Position numbers and translations under genes: made by a program
Shown here: positions 50,279-60,150 of the stretch, in pieces
How positions within the stretch are numbered: the stretch's first letter is position 1
Layout of the letters: every line of letters starts with the position of its first letter
Notes under the pieces: generated by a model
What the model saw: only the letters and a program-made list of their open reading frames with translations
Databases searched by the model: none
Told to the model about the DNA's origin: nothing
Origin: Chloroflexota bacterium
GTDB lineage: Bacteria; Chloroflexota; Anaerolineae; JACRMK01
NCBI GenBank assembly: GCA_016235055.1
Contig: JACRMK010000056.1
Span: forward strand, 23,359-87,358
Direction: 5' to 3'
Length of the DNA stretch: 64,000 nucleotides

Positions 50279-51031
50279 TTACGCCGCTTCCAACTGCTGC
50301 AGCACCGCGTCCGAGATCACGAGGTTTGTATAGACGTGCTGAATGTCGTCCAGTTCTTCCAGCACCTCGACCAGCCGCAGTGTCGAGGCGGTCTCGTCTA
50401 TGCTGAGTTCGATCGGGTTCTTGGCAATCATCTGAAGCTCGGCCGACTCGTAGGCGATCTTTTTCCGGTCGAGCGTCTGCTGGACTTTCTGCAGGTCATG
50501 GGGCGCAGTGTACACTTCGAGCGTCGTGCCGTCGATATTGACATCCTCGGCGCCGTAGTCGATCATTTCCAGCGCTAGTTCGTCGGCATCGCGGCCCTTC
50601 GCTTCGATCGCGATCACACCCTTGTAGTCGAACATCCATCCCACACTGCCGGACTCGCCCATACGGCCGCCGTGGCGATTCAGCGACGCGCGAATGTCGG
50701 CGACCGTGCGGTTGCGGTTGTCGGACAGCGTCAAAATCATCAGCGCCGAGCCGCCCGGGCCGATCGCTTCGTAGGCGGCCTCCTCCAGCGTAGCACCTTC
50801 GAGCTCGCCGGTGCCGCGCTTGATCGCGCGCTCGATATTTTCCTTCGGCATGTTGGCCGCGCGTGCCTTCGTCACGATCATGCGCAGGTTGATATTGCCA
50901 TCGGGGTCGCCGCCGCCGCCGCGCGCCGCCAGCGTCAGTTCGCGCCCGATCTTGGTGAATAACTGGCCGCGCTTGGCATCGGCCGCGCCCTTCTTGCGTT
51001 TGATCGTTGCCCATTTGGAATGACCGGACAT
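50279..51031 (-). CDS. yebC: YebC/PmpR family protein
   Basis: MSGHSKWATIKRKK, NMPKENIERAI, DNRNRT. Confidence 0.96.
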   Translation of the reverse strand: MSGHSKWATIKRKKGAADAKRGQLFTKIGRELTLAARGGGGDPDGNINLRMIVTKARAANMPKENIERAIKRGTGELEGATLEEAAYEAIGPGGSALMILTLSDNRNRTVADIRASLNRHGGRMGESGSVGWMFDYKGVIAIEAKGRDADELALEMIDYGAEDVNIDGTTLEVYTAPHDLQKVQQTLDRKKIAYESAELQMIAKNPIELSIDETASTLRLVEVLEELDDIQHVYTNLVISDAVLQQLEAA

Positions 51032-51165
51032 ACCCGCTAACTCCGCACGTGAAATTGATGGATTGAGGATGCGCTTGCCGGCAACCGTGCCGCTCGCGCC
51101 GCATGTTGACTACAGCACATTATACACGGGGCGGTCATGAATTCCCAATCACAAACGCCAAGCGC

Positions 51166-51329
51166 CAGGGTCATTCAATTGTCATAGTGCATGATGATTA
51201 TCCGACGAAACGGGCGCTGAGCGGCACAAGACGCCGTCGAAGCGCGCGCATATCCCTGCCCTTCGACGGCGTTGTGCGCCGCTCAGGGCACGATCTCACG
51301 CTTTGTCAAGCGACCTTTGAATCGCCCTG
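51166..51329. mobile_element. ISAs1-type MITE (164 bp) with REP hairpin cargo
   Basis: TIR CAGGGTCATTCAA versus CAGGGCGATTCAA; 10-bp duplication CGCCAAGCGC at 51156-51165 and 51330-51339; internal hairpin CTGAGCGGC..ACGCCGTCGAAG / CTTCGACGGCGT..GCCGCTCAG at 51217-51286. Confidence 0.92.
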
Positions 51330-51340
51330 CGCCAAGCGCA

Positions 51341-52048
51341 CTATCGCCGTATCGTATAGCTGTCGATCACGACGCCGTTGCGGTCTTTCAGCGTCGCCGT
51401 GTCGTTGGCGTCCCACACCGACGTCGTGCGGCCCCAGTACAAGTCTGCCGCCGTGTCGAGCCCGTTCTCGCTGTGCAGCCGCAGCGACGTGTTCGGCTCG
51501 ACCACAATATCCGGAAATGCGTAGAGGTTGCCATGCAGGTCGGCCAGCGACCAGCCTTTGAGGTTCAAGCGCGCTCCGAGATTCTGGATGATCACCGTCT
51601 CGCCGCCCGGCGACGGCGGCGTCGTCGAGCGCAGGATCGCCGAGATGCGCAGGATCGGCGCGGGCGACGCGGCCGATGCGATGGTGGATACGGCGGGCGG
51701 GGTCAGATCAGGCGGGGGGATCGTCAATGCCTGCCCGACGGTAAGCAGGTTAGGATTGGTAATACCGTTGGCCTGCATGAGCGCCGACGTCGGTATACCA
51801 TAGGTGGCCGCAATCGTCGACAGGGTGTCGCCCGGCTTGACGATATACTGGATCGCTTGCGTACGCCGCACAGCCGTCGGCGATAACGCCGCAACGGGCG
51901 CCGCAACCGTCGTGGCGTCAGGCCCGGCGACCGCCGCCACCCGTGACCCGGCAATGGAAAACGAAACGATGACAACTATCGTGCTGATGACAGCCGACAC
52001 GATCGCGTTCACCACGATCACGAATACGAACTGATCGCGATTGATCAC
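51341..52048 (-). CDS. Membrane-anchored LysM plus lamin-tail-domain protein
   Basis: N-terminal TM; LysM YIVKPGDTLSTIA..YG....N.I.NPN.L.VGQ.L.IP; LTD ETVII.N....L.GW.L.D...W...D.ATL.D. Confidence 0.9.
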   Translation of the reverse strand: MINRDQFVFVIVVNAIVSAVISTIVVIVSFSIAGSRVAAVAGPDATTVAAPVAALSPTAVRRTQAIQYIVKPGDTLSTIAATYGIPTSALMQANGITNPNLLTVGQALTIPPPDLTPPAVSTIASAASPAPILRISAILRSTTPPSPGGETVIIQNLGARLNLKGWSLADLHGNLYAFPDIVVEPNTSLRLHSENGLDTAADLYWGRTTSVWDANDTATLKDRNGVVIDSYTIRR

Positions 52049-52072
52049 ACGCCCTCCGCTATCGGCCGCCGG

Positions 52073-52429
52073 CTACGCGGCCTGCGCCGCCGACCGGTTG
52101 CTGCACTTGCCGCTCAGTACGCCGCCTTCTTCGATCAGGATCGAGCCAACGTCCACGTCCCCGACAACCTGGCCGCCCGCCAGGATGGCCAATTGACCGA
52201 CCGTCCGTACGTTGCCTGTGACCTTGCCGGAAACCAGAATGTCGCGGCCGGTCAAATTGGCGCCGACCCGCGCCGCTTTGCCGACGATGATATTGCCGTC
52301 GGTCTCAATGCTGCCGTCGAAGATACCCTCCACGCGCACGCCGCCCTTGCACTTGAGGTCGCCATCAAAGCTGGCGTTGGCGCTCAGGATGGTTTCGAAC
52401 TGTTCAGACGCGCGGTTGAAGCGGAACAT
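52073..52429 (-). CDS. Bactofilin (polymer-forming cytoskeletal protein)
   Basis: TIL....F.GDL...GGVRVEG.F.G.I, G.V.GNV, GDV....I.IEEG..L.G. Confidence 0.92.
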   Translation of the reverse strand: MFRFNRASEQFETILSANASFDGDLKCKGGVRVEGIFDGSIETDGNIIVGKAARVGANLTGRDILVSGKVTGNVRTVGQLAILAGGQVVGDVDVGSILIEEGGVLSGKCSNRSAAQAA

Positions 52430-52454
52430 GGCAACCTTTAGGGCGTTGGGCCGG

Positions 52455-53489
52455 CTATGGCGCCAGGTCGAGGAAGCGCATCGGATCGAGCGCCTGGCCG
52501 CGCAGCCGCACCTCATAGTGAACGTGCGGCCCGTTCGCGTAGCCGGACTGTCCGCTGAGCGCCACTACATCGCCGGCCTGCACCGTCTGGCCGACCTTGA
52601 CTTTGAGGCTGCTGTTGTGGCCGTAGTATGTAACGTACCCCAAATCATGCGCGATCTCGACAAGATTGCCATAGCCTTCGGCCCACCCGGCATAGATAAC
52701 GGTGCCTTCCTTGGTGGCCTTGACCGGCGTAAAATACCAGACGCCGATATCCAATCCCGTGTGGAATTCGCGCTTCGTATCATCGAACAGCGCTTTGCGC
52801 CAGCCGAACTCGGATGTGATGCGCCCGCGCACCGGCCACAACGTCGGCGCCGCCGCGAGCAGTTTGAGCTGCGCCTCAAGTTCAGACTGGCTGCCGCGCT
52901 TGGTCGGATCGATCTTGGATACGCGCAACAGCGACTGGCTGGCCAGGTACTGCAATTCTTTCGCGGCCCACGGTATCGACGGTTGCAGCGCGTCGAGCAC
53001 TTGCGCGCTCTCGACGGCAAGCAGCATGGACCCGCTGGATGCGCTCAGCGGGTCGGCGCTACCGCCGCCACGCGCCTGGGGCAGCACGCCGGGGATGTAT
53101 GACTGCGGCGTGGGAGCGGGAATCACAGGCGATGGTCCCTTCGGCAGACCCAGCAACTGCCGCACCTGGTCGCTCAGCTTGCGGATACCGTCCAGCTCGG
53201 ATTGAATCTGGCGCACTTCGTCGCTCAACTGCTTGACGTCCCCCTGTTGCGACAGGATGATCGAGCGCATGCCCCGGCTGCGATCCGATTCCACCGATTG
53301 GGCTTGCACCACCTGATCATAGCGTTCCGAAAGCTGCCGGTATCGAACGAGCAGATAGCCAACCACAAGCAACAGGGCGATGACAATTGCAGCCAGCGAG
53401 GGAGCCAGCCAGCGTGGGAAACTCAACGTAAGCGTCGCCGACTCATTGTGCGGAACAATGATCAGTGTAATATTGCGGTTCTTCTTCAT
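52455..53489 (-). CDS. M23 peptidase with N-terminal TM and coiled coil
   Basis: WPV.G.ITS.FG.R, HTGLD, YGH, GPHVHYEV. Confidence 0.95.
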   Translation of the reverse strand: MKKNRNITLIIVPHNESATLTLSFPRWLAPSLAAIVIALLLVVGYLLVRYRQLSERYDQVVQAQSVESDRSRGMRSIILSQQGDVKQLSDEVRQIQSELDGIRKLSDQVRQLLGLPKGPSPVIPAPTPQSYIPGVLPQARGGGSADPLSASSGSMLLAVESAQVLDALQPSIPWAAKELQYLASQSLLRVSKIDPTKRGSQSELEAQLKLLAAAPTLWPVRGRITSEFGWRKALFDDTKREFHTGLDIGVWYFTPVKATKEGTVIYAGWAEGYGNLVEIAHDLGYVTYYGHNSSLKVKVGQTVQAGDVVALSGQSGYANGPHVHYEVRLRGQALDPMRFLDLAP

Positions 53490-53498
53490 GCGTCTACG

Positions 53499-53527
53499 AT
53501 GATAACGGCATCATTTCGGCCTGTCAA
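53499..53527 (-). promoter_or_regulatory. Sigma70 promoter of the M23-bactofilin-LysM operon
   Basis: TTGACA-17 bp-TATCAT, 9 nt before the ATG. Confidence 0.8.
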
Positions 53528-53595
53528 AGCCCGCTTTGACACCGGACGTTGACGCATTTACCGATTACCGCGCTTATGCAGCCACTCCAAGCGAA

Positions 53596-55461
53596 TCACG
53601 GTCTGCGGCCGCCCCTCGCAGCCTGCGCATCGACTTCGCGCTCGCGCACTTCGCGTCGGTAGTTCATGGTATACAGCCCGAAGTACGCGCCCCTACGCGC
53701 GAGCAGTTCAACATGCGTGCCGCGCTCGACGATGCGACCTGCGCCGATGACGACGATCTGGTCGGCGCGCGTGATCGTGCTCAGGCGGTGCGCGATCACA
53801 AATGCGGTGCGGCCCTTCAAGAGGCGCTCCAGCGCCCGCTGGATGTTCTGCTCCGATTGGGTATCGATAGACGATGTCGCTTCGTCCAGAACCAGGATGC
53901 GCGGATCGGCCAGTAGGGCGCGCGCAAATGAGACAAGCTGGCGCTGCCCCATCGACAGCGAAACGCCGCCCTCGCCAACCTGGGTGCGGTAGCCGCCGGG
54001 CAGCGCCGCGATGAATTCGTGCGCGCCCACCGTACGCGCCGCCTCTTGCACCTCCGCGTCGCTCGCGGCCAGCCGTCCGTACCGGATGTTGTCGGCGATG
54101 GTCCCGCTGAACAGGAACGTCGCCTGTAACACGACCCCCATCTGCCGGCGCAGCGATTCGCGCGTCACCTGCCGGATGTCGTGCCCGTCGATCGTGATCC
54201 GTCCCTGGCGCACGTCGTAGAACCGGCTGAGCAGCGCCACCAGCGAGCTTTTGCCGGCGCCCGTCTCGCCCACAAACGCCACCGTCTGTCCCGGCGCCAC
54301 GTCGAGATCGATGTCGTGCAGCACGTCGACCGCTTCGCCATACCCAAACGAGACGTGCTCGATCCGCACGTGCCCGACGATTGCGGGCAGCGCAACGGCG
54401 TCCGGCGCTTGCAAAATGGCCGGCTGCGTGTCGAGCAACTCGATGATGCGCTCGCCGCTGGCCATCGTGGCCTGAAGCGTATTGTAGCGCTGCGTGATAT
54501 CGCGGATCGGGTCGAAGAAGCGGTCCACGTACAGCACCATAGCCACCAGCACCCCGGGCGTCAATTCACCCGACAGCACAGCCGCCCCGCCAAAACCGAC
54601 CAGCAGTGCCGTCGCCAGTGAGCCGATGAAGTCAATCGCCGGGTAAAACAGCGCGGAAAGCTGCGCCGCGCTCATGTTGGCATCGAAATTGTCGCGGTTC
54701 AGGCGATCAAAGTGAGTAGCGTTGACCTGCTCGCGCGAGAACGCCTGCACCACGCGCACACCGGCGATACTCTCATTGAGATTGGCGTTGACGACCGCGA
54801 TCCGGCGGCGCACCTGGCGGTACGCCTCGCGTGCGCGAGCCCGCCAGAGCATCGTCACGATGAACATGAGCGGGATCACGGTGAACGTCAGCAGCGAGAG
54901 CGGCACGTTAAGCGACAGCATCGCAAACACGATGCCGACCAGCGTGAAGATGTCCATGAACAGCCCGACAATCGCCCAGGTGACAAACTCCTGCATGACG
55001 CCCACATCGCCGATCACGCGCGAAATGATGCGCCCGACCTCATAGTGGTCGTAGAACGACAGCGTCAGTTCCTGCAGGTGCGCAAACAGCCGGTTGCGCA
55101 GGCTGTAGATCAGCGTCTGTCCGACTTTGGACATCATGTAGATCTGCGCGAAGTTGGTCACCGCATTGCCGGCCGCCGCCGCCGTGTACGCGATTGCCAT
55201 GGCGGCGAGGAACGGCAGGTCGTGGTTGGCTATCCCCTGGTCAATGGCCAGGCGAATCAGGTACGGCCCCGCCAGCCCGCTCACGGCGCGCACGAGCATC
55301 ACGACGAACGCAACCGCAATCGTCCGCCGGTACGGCGTCATCAGTTCCAGCAGACGCTGCATGACGCGCGCGTCGTAGGCCTTGCCGAGCACGTCCTCGT
55401 CCGACAGTCGCTGTGACTTGCTGTTTGCCGCGCCCGGCGCGGGTCTGGTTGGTGCGCTCAT
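53596..55461 (-). CDS. ABC exporter half-transporter, heterodimer subunit B
   Basis: TMD plus GETGAGKS, LSMGQ, LDEATS, IAHR. Start MSAPTRP overlaps the upstream stop. Confidence 0.95.
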   Translation of the reverse strand: MSAPTRPAPGAANSKSQRLSDEDVLGKAYDARVMQRLLELMTPYRRTIAVAFVVMLVRAVSGLAGPYLIRLAIDQGIANHDLPFLAAMAIAYTAAAAGNAVTNFAQIYMMSKVGQTLIYSLRNRLFAHLQELTLSFYDHYEVGRIISRVIGDVGVMQEFVTWAIVGLFMDIFTLVGIVFAMLSLNVPLSLLTFTVIPLMFIVTMLWRARAREAYRQVRRRIAVVNANLNESIAGVRVVQAFSREQVNATHFDRLNRDNFDANMSAAQLSALFYPAIDFIGSLATALLVGFGGAAVLSGELTPGVLVAMVLYVDRFFDPIRDITQRYNTLQATMASGERIIELLDTQPAILQAPDAVALPAIVGHVRIEHVSFGYGEAVDVLHDIDLDVAPGQTVAFVGETGAGKSSLVALLSRFYDVRQGRITIDGHDIRQVTRESLRRQMGVVLQATFLFSGTIADNIRYGRLAASDAEVQEAARTVGAHEFIAALPGGYRTQVGEGGVSLSMGQRQLVSFARALLADPRILVLDEATSSIDTQSEQNIQRALERLLKGRTAFVIAHRLSTITRADQIVVIGAGRIVERGTHVELLARRGAYFGLYTMNYRREVREREVDAQAARGGRRP

Positions 55462-57242
55462 CACTCCGCCACCTGGAACGTCACACCTTCGGCGGCAAAC
55501 GTGTTCGCCGCGGCGGCGGCCTCCTGGTCTCTTAGTTGAAGATCGTAGATGCGCCGGTACAGTCCGGGCGCCGCCACCAGTTCCGCGTGCGTCCCGCGCT
55601 GCACAACCCGTCCATGGTCGAGGACGATGATCTGATCGGCGTGTTTCAGCGTCACCAGCCGCTGCGCGACTACAAACGTCGTGCGCCCACACATCAGCGT
55701 GGCCAGCGCCTGCTGGATCTGGTATTCCGTCTCGGTATCCACGGCCGACAGCGAATCATCGAGCACCAGGATGCGCGGATCCATCAGCAGCGCGCGCGCA
55801 ATCGCAATACGCTGGCGCTGGCCGCCCGACAGCGTGATGCCGCGCTCGCCGACGCGCGTTTCATAGCCGTCCGGCAGTTCCATGATAAAGTCGTGCGCAC
55901 GCGCGGCGCGCGCGGCCGCGACCACGCGCTCCAGATCGGCATCACGGTTGAAGTAGGCGATGTTCTCACGCACCGTGGTCGAGAACAGAAACGTCTCCTG
56001 CAGGACGATGCCGACCTGCCGGCGCAGCGAAGCCAGCGGCACGTCGCGGATATCGCGGCCGTCGACCATGATGCGACCGCCGGTCACGTCATAGAACCGT
56101 GGCAGCAGACTGATGATGGTGCTCTTGCCCGAGCCGGTCGGCCCCATCAGCGCGACAACCTGGTTCGGGCGCGCGTCAAACGAGACATCGTGGAGCACGG
56201 TGTCGCGATCATACGCAAACGACACATTCTCGAACCGCACATGCCCGGCCACCTCGCCCAGCGCAGTCGCCGCCGGCTTCTCCAAGATCGGCGACGGCAG
56301 ATCCAGGATCTCGAACAGGCGCTCGCCCGACGCCTGCGCGTTGGACATGATGTTCACCAGGAACCCCAGCCGCTGCACCGGCAGCGCCAGCATGACCAGG
56401 TATGAGTTGAATGCGAACAGCTCGCCGACGCTGATCTCGCCCCGGATGACCATCAGCCCGCCGAACCAGAGTAGCAGCGCCACCGATGCCGCAATTACGA
56501 AATTCATGAACGGGAAGGTGCGCGCCCACGAGCGCACAACCGCCAGCCGGTCGCCCAGGTAGAGCGAATTCTCGTGCCGGAACCGCTCGATTTCGTGCGC
56601 CTCGCGCGCAAACGCCTTGACGACGCGCACGCCGGTCAGGTTCTCCTGCAGTGCCGTGCTCATGCGGCCCATCTGATCCTGGGCGCGTTTGGACAGCGTG
56701 CGCTGCCGGCGCGCAAACGTGAACGTCACCCAGATCAGGATGGGCATCGGCAACATCGTGACAAGCGTCAGCGGTACGCTGGCCGCGCACATCGCCACAA
56801 CGGTGCCGGCAAACAGCAGCACGATGGTCACGAGGTCTATCAGACCATTGCCGGTAAAGCGGGTCACGGCGTCGATATCGCTGGTTGCGCGCGCCATCAG
56901 GTCGCCCGTGTGCGCCTTGTCATGAAAGGCGAACGCCAGTCGCTGGTACCGCTCGTACAGTTGACCGCGCAGGTCGTACCCGGTCCGGTTGGCGATCCAC
57001 TCCGTCAGATACATCCGCCCGAAGCCGAACAGGCCGCGCAGCGCCGCCACCGCCAGGATCAGCCCGCCGGAGACGACCAGCACATTGGAATCGCGCTGGG
57101 ACAATCCCTGGTCGATCACCTGCCGGATCAACTGAGGCACGACCAGGTTGAGCGCCGTGGCGCCCAGCACGCAGGCGTACGCCAGCGCTACCGGCCTCCC
57201 GTGGGGCCGCAGCGTGGCGAGTAAACGCAGGAGCATATTCAC
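55461..57242 (-). CDS. ABC exporter half-transporter, heterodimer subunit A (degenerate site)
   Basis: GPTGSGKS, LSGGQ, LDDS (Glu to Asp) and AQR (His to Gln), as in TM287/288-type heterodimers. Confidence 0.95.
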   Translation of the reverse strand: MNMLLRLLATLRPHGRPVALAYACVLGATALNLVVPQLIRQVIDQGLSQRDSNVLVVSGGLILAVAALRGLFGFGRMYLTEWIANRTGYDLRGQLYERYQRLAFAFHDKAHTGDLMARATSDIDAVTRFTGNGLIDLVTIVLLFAGTVVAMCAASVPLTLVTMLPMPILIWVTFTFARRQRTLSKRAQDQMGRMSTALQENLTGVRVVKAFAREAHEIERFRHENSLYLGDRLAVVRSWARTFPFMNFVIAASVALLLWFGGLMVIRGEISVGELFAFNSYLVMLALPVQRLGFLVNIMSNAQASGERLFEILDLPSPILEKPAATALGEVAGHVRFENVSFAYDRDTVLHDVSFDARPNQVVALMGPTGSGKSTIISLLPRFYDVTGGRIMVDGRDIRDVPLASLRRQVGIVLQETFLFSTTVRENIAYFNRDADLERVVAAARAARAHDFIMELPDGYETRVGERGITLSGGQRQRIAIARALLMDPRILVLDDSLSAVDTETEYQIQQALATLMCGRTTFVVAQRLVTLKHADQIIVLDHGRVVQRGTHAELVAAPGLYRRIYDLQLRDQEAAAAANTFAAEGVTFQVAE

Positions 57243-57342
57243 CGGATGAGTATAGGCTCAGCCCGGCGCGCGCGCCAAATCGCCAGCCGCGCGCCGGGCC
57301 ATGCCAATTGCGTCGCGCCGTGTTTGCCGCTAAACTCCCTGC

Positions 57343-58488
57343 ATGCTCGCGGACGATCTGGACCTGACGCCTTCGCCGCTGGAGCAACGCCGCCGCATAG
57401 CCGCCCAGCGCGCCGACTATATCGACCTGAGCGCAACCAATCCGACCGAGCACGGCTTGTTGTTCCCGCCCGACCTGCTGCGCATTCTCGCCGAGCCTTA
57501 CTGGAGCGCCCGCCGTTATGCGCCGCACCCCAAGGGCCTGCGCACGGCCCGCGAAGCGATCGCGGCGTACTACGCGCGGCGCACGCCGGCCCTGGCCGTC
57601 TCCCCGGAGCAGATCTTTGTGACCGCCAGCACCAGCGAAGCGTATGCGCTGCTGTTCACCCTGCTGGCCGCGCCGGGCGATGCCGTGCTGTCGCCGTTGC
57701 CGAGCTACCCGCTGTTCGCGCATCTGGCCGCCATGCGCGGCGTGCAGCTCAAGCCGTACCACATTGCGCCGGATGGCGCCGGGCGCTGGGCGCTCGATAG
57801 CGATGGAATCACGGTGCAGGCCGACGATCGTACGCGTGCCATCCTGCTGATCTCGCCGCACAATCCGACGGGTCATACGGTCGATGCCGCCTTGACCTTG
57901 CGCGGGCGGGCCGCCGATCTGCCGATCGTGGCCGACGAGGTCTTTTGTGAGTTTCCATATACTCTGGCCAGCGTGCCGCCGCTCGGCGCGCTCATGCCGG
58001 AGACCACCGTCTTTCATCTCAACGGCATCTCGAAGATGTTCGCATTGCCCGATCTCAAGCTCGGCTGGATCGCAATCAGCGGACCGTACGCTGCGGACTA
58101 CCTGGATCAACTGGAACTGCTCAACGACACGCTGCTAAGCGCTAACTCGCTGACGCAGTCCATGCTGCCGTCGCTCTTCGAGGCCGGCGCGCCGTTTGTG
58201 GCGGCAATGCGCCGGCGCATCCGCGGCGCGCTTGACGTGGCCCTCGGCGCCTTGTCCAAAATGCCTGGCATTGAAGTCGCGCCGCCACCGGCGGGCGCGT
58301 ATCTGTTCCCACGCGTGCGCAATTGCGCTGACGAAGAAGCGCTGGTCATGCGTATGTTGGACAGCGGCATCTTCGCGCATCCCGGCTACTTCTATGACGC
58401 CGAGGATGCTTGCCGGCTCATGCTATCTGCCGTGCTGGAGCCCGCGCGGCTGCTGGAAGGGATCGCCCGCCTGAGGGCAATCCTGTGA
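57343..58488 (+). CDS. PLP-dependent class I/II aminotransferase
   Basis: T.STSEAY, PSYPLF, SPHNPTG, DEVF, GISK...PDLKLGW. Confidence 0.93.
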   Translation: MLADDLDLTPSPLEQRRRIAAQRADYIDLSATNPTEHGLLFPPDLLRILAEPYWSARRYAPHPKGLRTAREAIAAYYARRTPALAVSPEQIFVTASTSEAYALLFTLLAAPGDAVLSPLPSYPLFAHLAAMRGVQLKPYHIAPDGAGRWALDSDGITVQADDRTRAILLISPHNPTGHTVDAALTLRGRAADLPIVADEVFCEFPYTLASVPPLGALMPETTVFHLNGISKMFALPDLKLGWIAISGPYAADYLDQLELLNDTLLSANSLTQSMLPSLFEAGAPFVAAMRRRIRGALDVALGALSKMPGIEVAPPPAGAYLFPRVRNCADEEALVMRMLDSGIFAHPGYFYDAEDACRLMLSAVLEPARLLEGIARLRAIL

Positions 58489-58519
58489 CGGGCTAATTTC
58501 ACTTCACGGGGAGGAATCA

Positions 58520-59197
58520 GTGGGAGAGATCGTATCATTCAAGAGCAACGGCGCAAGCGCCGACGGGTACCTGGCGTTGCCGCCGGCCGGACACGGCCCG
58601 GCCGTTATCGTCATTCAGGAATGGTGGGGACTGGTGCCGCACATCAAGGACGTGGCCGACCGCTACGCGCAGGCCGGCTTTGTAGCGCTGGCACCCGACC
58701 TTTACCACGGCAAGGCGACATCGGAGCCCGGCGACGCCGGTAAACTGATGATGGCGCTGAACATCCTGCAGGCCGAGAAGGACCTGCGCGGCGCGGTAGA
58801 CTACCTGTTGGCGCACCCGGCTACCGCCGGCAAAAAGGTAGGTGTCGTCGGCTTCTGCATGGGCGGCGCGCTGTCGCTGTACGCCGCCAGCACGAACCCT
58901 GACACGGTCGGAGCGTGCATCATCTACTATGGCGGACACCCGAACGTCAAGCCCGACCTCGCCGCGCTGAAAGCGCCAGTGCTCGGCTTCTACGGCGAGC
59001 GCGATAGCGGCGTCACGCCCGCCAGCGCGCTCGCGCTCCAGTCGCAACTGCAGGCGCTCGGCAAACGCATGGATGTGCACATCTATCCGGGCGCCGGTCA
59101 CGCCTTCTTCAACAGCGACCGGCCGGCAGTCTACGACAAAGCGGCCGCCGAAGACACCTGGACGCGCGCCATGGACTTCTTCCGTACCAACCTGTAA
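58520..59197 (+). CDS. Dienelactone hydrolase family protein
   Basis: QEWWGL, APDLY, GFCMGG, YP.A.HAF.N; Shine-Dalgarno GGAGG. Confidence 0.95.
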   Translation: MGEIVSFKSNGASADGYLALPPAGHGPAVIVIQEWWGLVPHIKDVADRYAQAGFVALAPDLYHGKATSEPGDAGKLMMALNILQAEKDLRGAVDYLLAHPATAGKKVGVVGFCMGGALSLYAASTNPDTVGACIIYYGGHPNVKPDLAALKAPVLGFYGERDSGVTPASALALQSQLQALGKRMDVHIYPGAGHAFFNSDRPAVYDKAAAEDTWTRAMDFFRTNL

Positions 59198-59460
59198 TAC
59201 TATTTCAACTAGGCCATGTCCTCATAGAGATAGTGCAAGTGCAAGTGCCGCCCCCTCATCCCCTGGCCCCTTCTCCCCCGCGCGCGGGGGAGAAGGGGAA
59301 AAACTAACGGGGAGGTGCGCGGCGGCTACGCCGCCGCGCACCTCCCCGGAGACTTGCTCCCCCTCCCAGCTTCGCTGGGAGGGGGCTGGGGGGAGGGCAG
59401 AATTTGGCGGTGTGCCGTGTGCTCATGCGACATGAGGACATTTTCAATTTGAAACAGTAT
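59197..59460 (+). mobile_element. MITE with TA-flanked (IS630-like) ends carrying the family A core
   Basis: TIR ATACTATTTCAACTAGGCCATGTCCTCAT versus ATACTGTTTCAAATTGAAAATGTCCTCAT (23/29). The interior, about 59250-59400, matches the three-hairpin core of family A. Confidence 0.85.
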
Positions 59461-59527
59461 GATAACACACACGCCCGCGACCGAATCGGTCGCGGGCGTG
59501 CTTCTATCCCGGCGCGCTGCGTGCGGT

Positions 59528-60148
59528 TTACGTACGGCGCACGCGCAATCCCCAGTCCTCGGCCAGTAGCCAGTCCGGCAAACGGTACTGACCCGCTTCG
59601 GCGGTGCGGATGCAGTCGCACACCAAATGCATCACGACATGGTGTGCGTCCTCGGCCTGGTCCATGCGCCGCACCGGTGCATGGATGTTGAGATCGACGG
59701 CGTCCTTCAAGCGTCCGCCGTCGAAGCCACTGAAGCCAATGCTCACGGCGCCGGCCTCCCGCGCCGCCTTCATCGCCTCGAGCACGTTGCGTGAATTGCC
59801 GCTACCGCTCAGCCCGATCACGATGTCCCCGCGCTCGACCAGCGCGCGCAGCGGTTCCACAAAGACGCTCTCATACCCCATGTCATTCGCATACGCGGAG
59901 AACATGCACTGGTGCTCGGTCAGCGGGATCACCTTGAACGTCGGTTTGCCCGCTTCAGCCGTGCCCTTGCCCAGGTCGGTCGCGAAGTGCGCCGCCGTCG
60001 AACCGCTGCCGCCGTTGCCGCAGAAGAAGATGCGGTTGCCATACTCGCGCGCCGACATCAGCAGCGCGATCAACTCGCCGATGCGCTCGGCATCGAGGCG
60101 GTCAAGCACCGACTTCAAAGCGTCCAGATAATTGCGAATCGGATGCAT
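59528..60148 (-). CDS. gmhA: SIS-domain phosphoheptose isomerase (GmhA-like)
   Basis: CGNGGS...A.HF..DL, AYAND.GY, LSGSGNS.NV, GFDGG.L, ED.H. Start may be 60154. Confidence 0.88.
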   Translation of the reverse strand: MHPIRNYLDALKSVLDRLDAERIGELIALLMSAREYGNRIFFCGNGGSGSTAAHFATDLGKGTAEAGKPTFKVIPLTEHQCMFSAYANDMGYESVFVEPLRALVERGDIVIGLSGSGNSRNVLEAMKAAREAGAVSIGFSGFDGGRLKDAVDLNIHAPVRRMDQAEDAHHVVMHLVCDCIRTAEAGQYRLPDWLLAEDWGLRVRRT

Positions 60149-60150
60149 GC

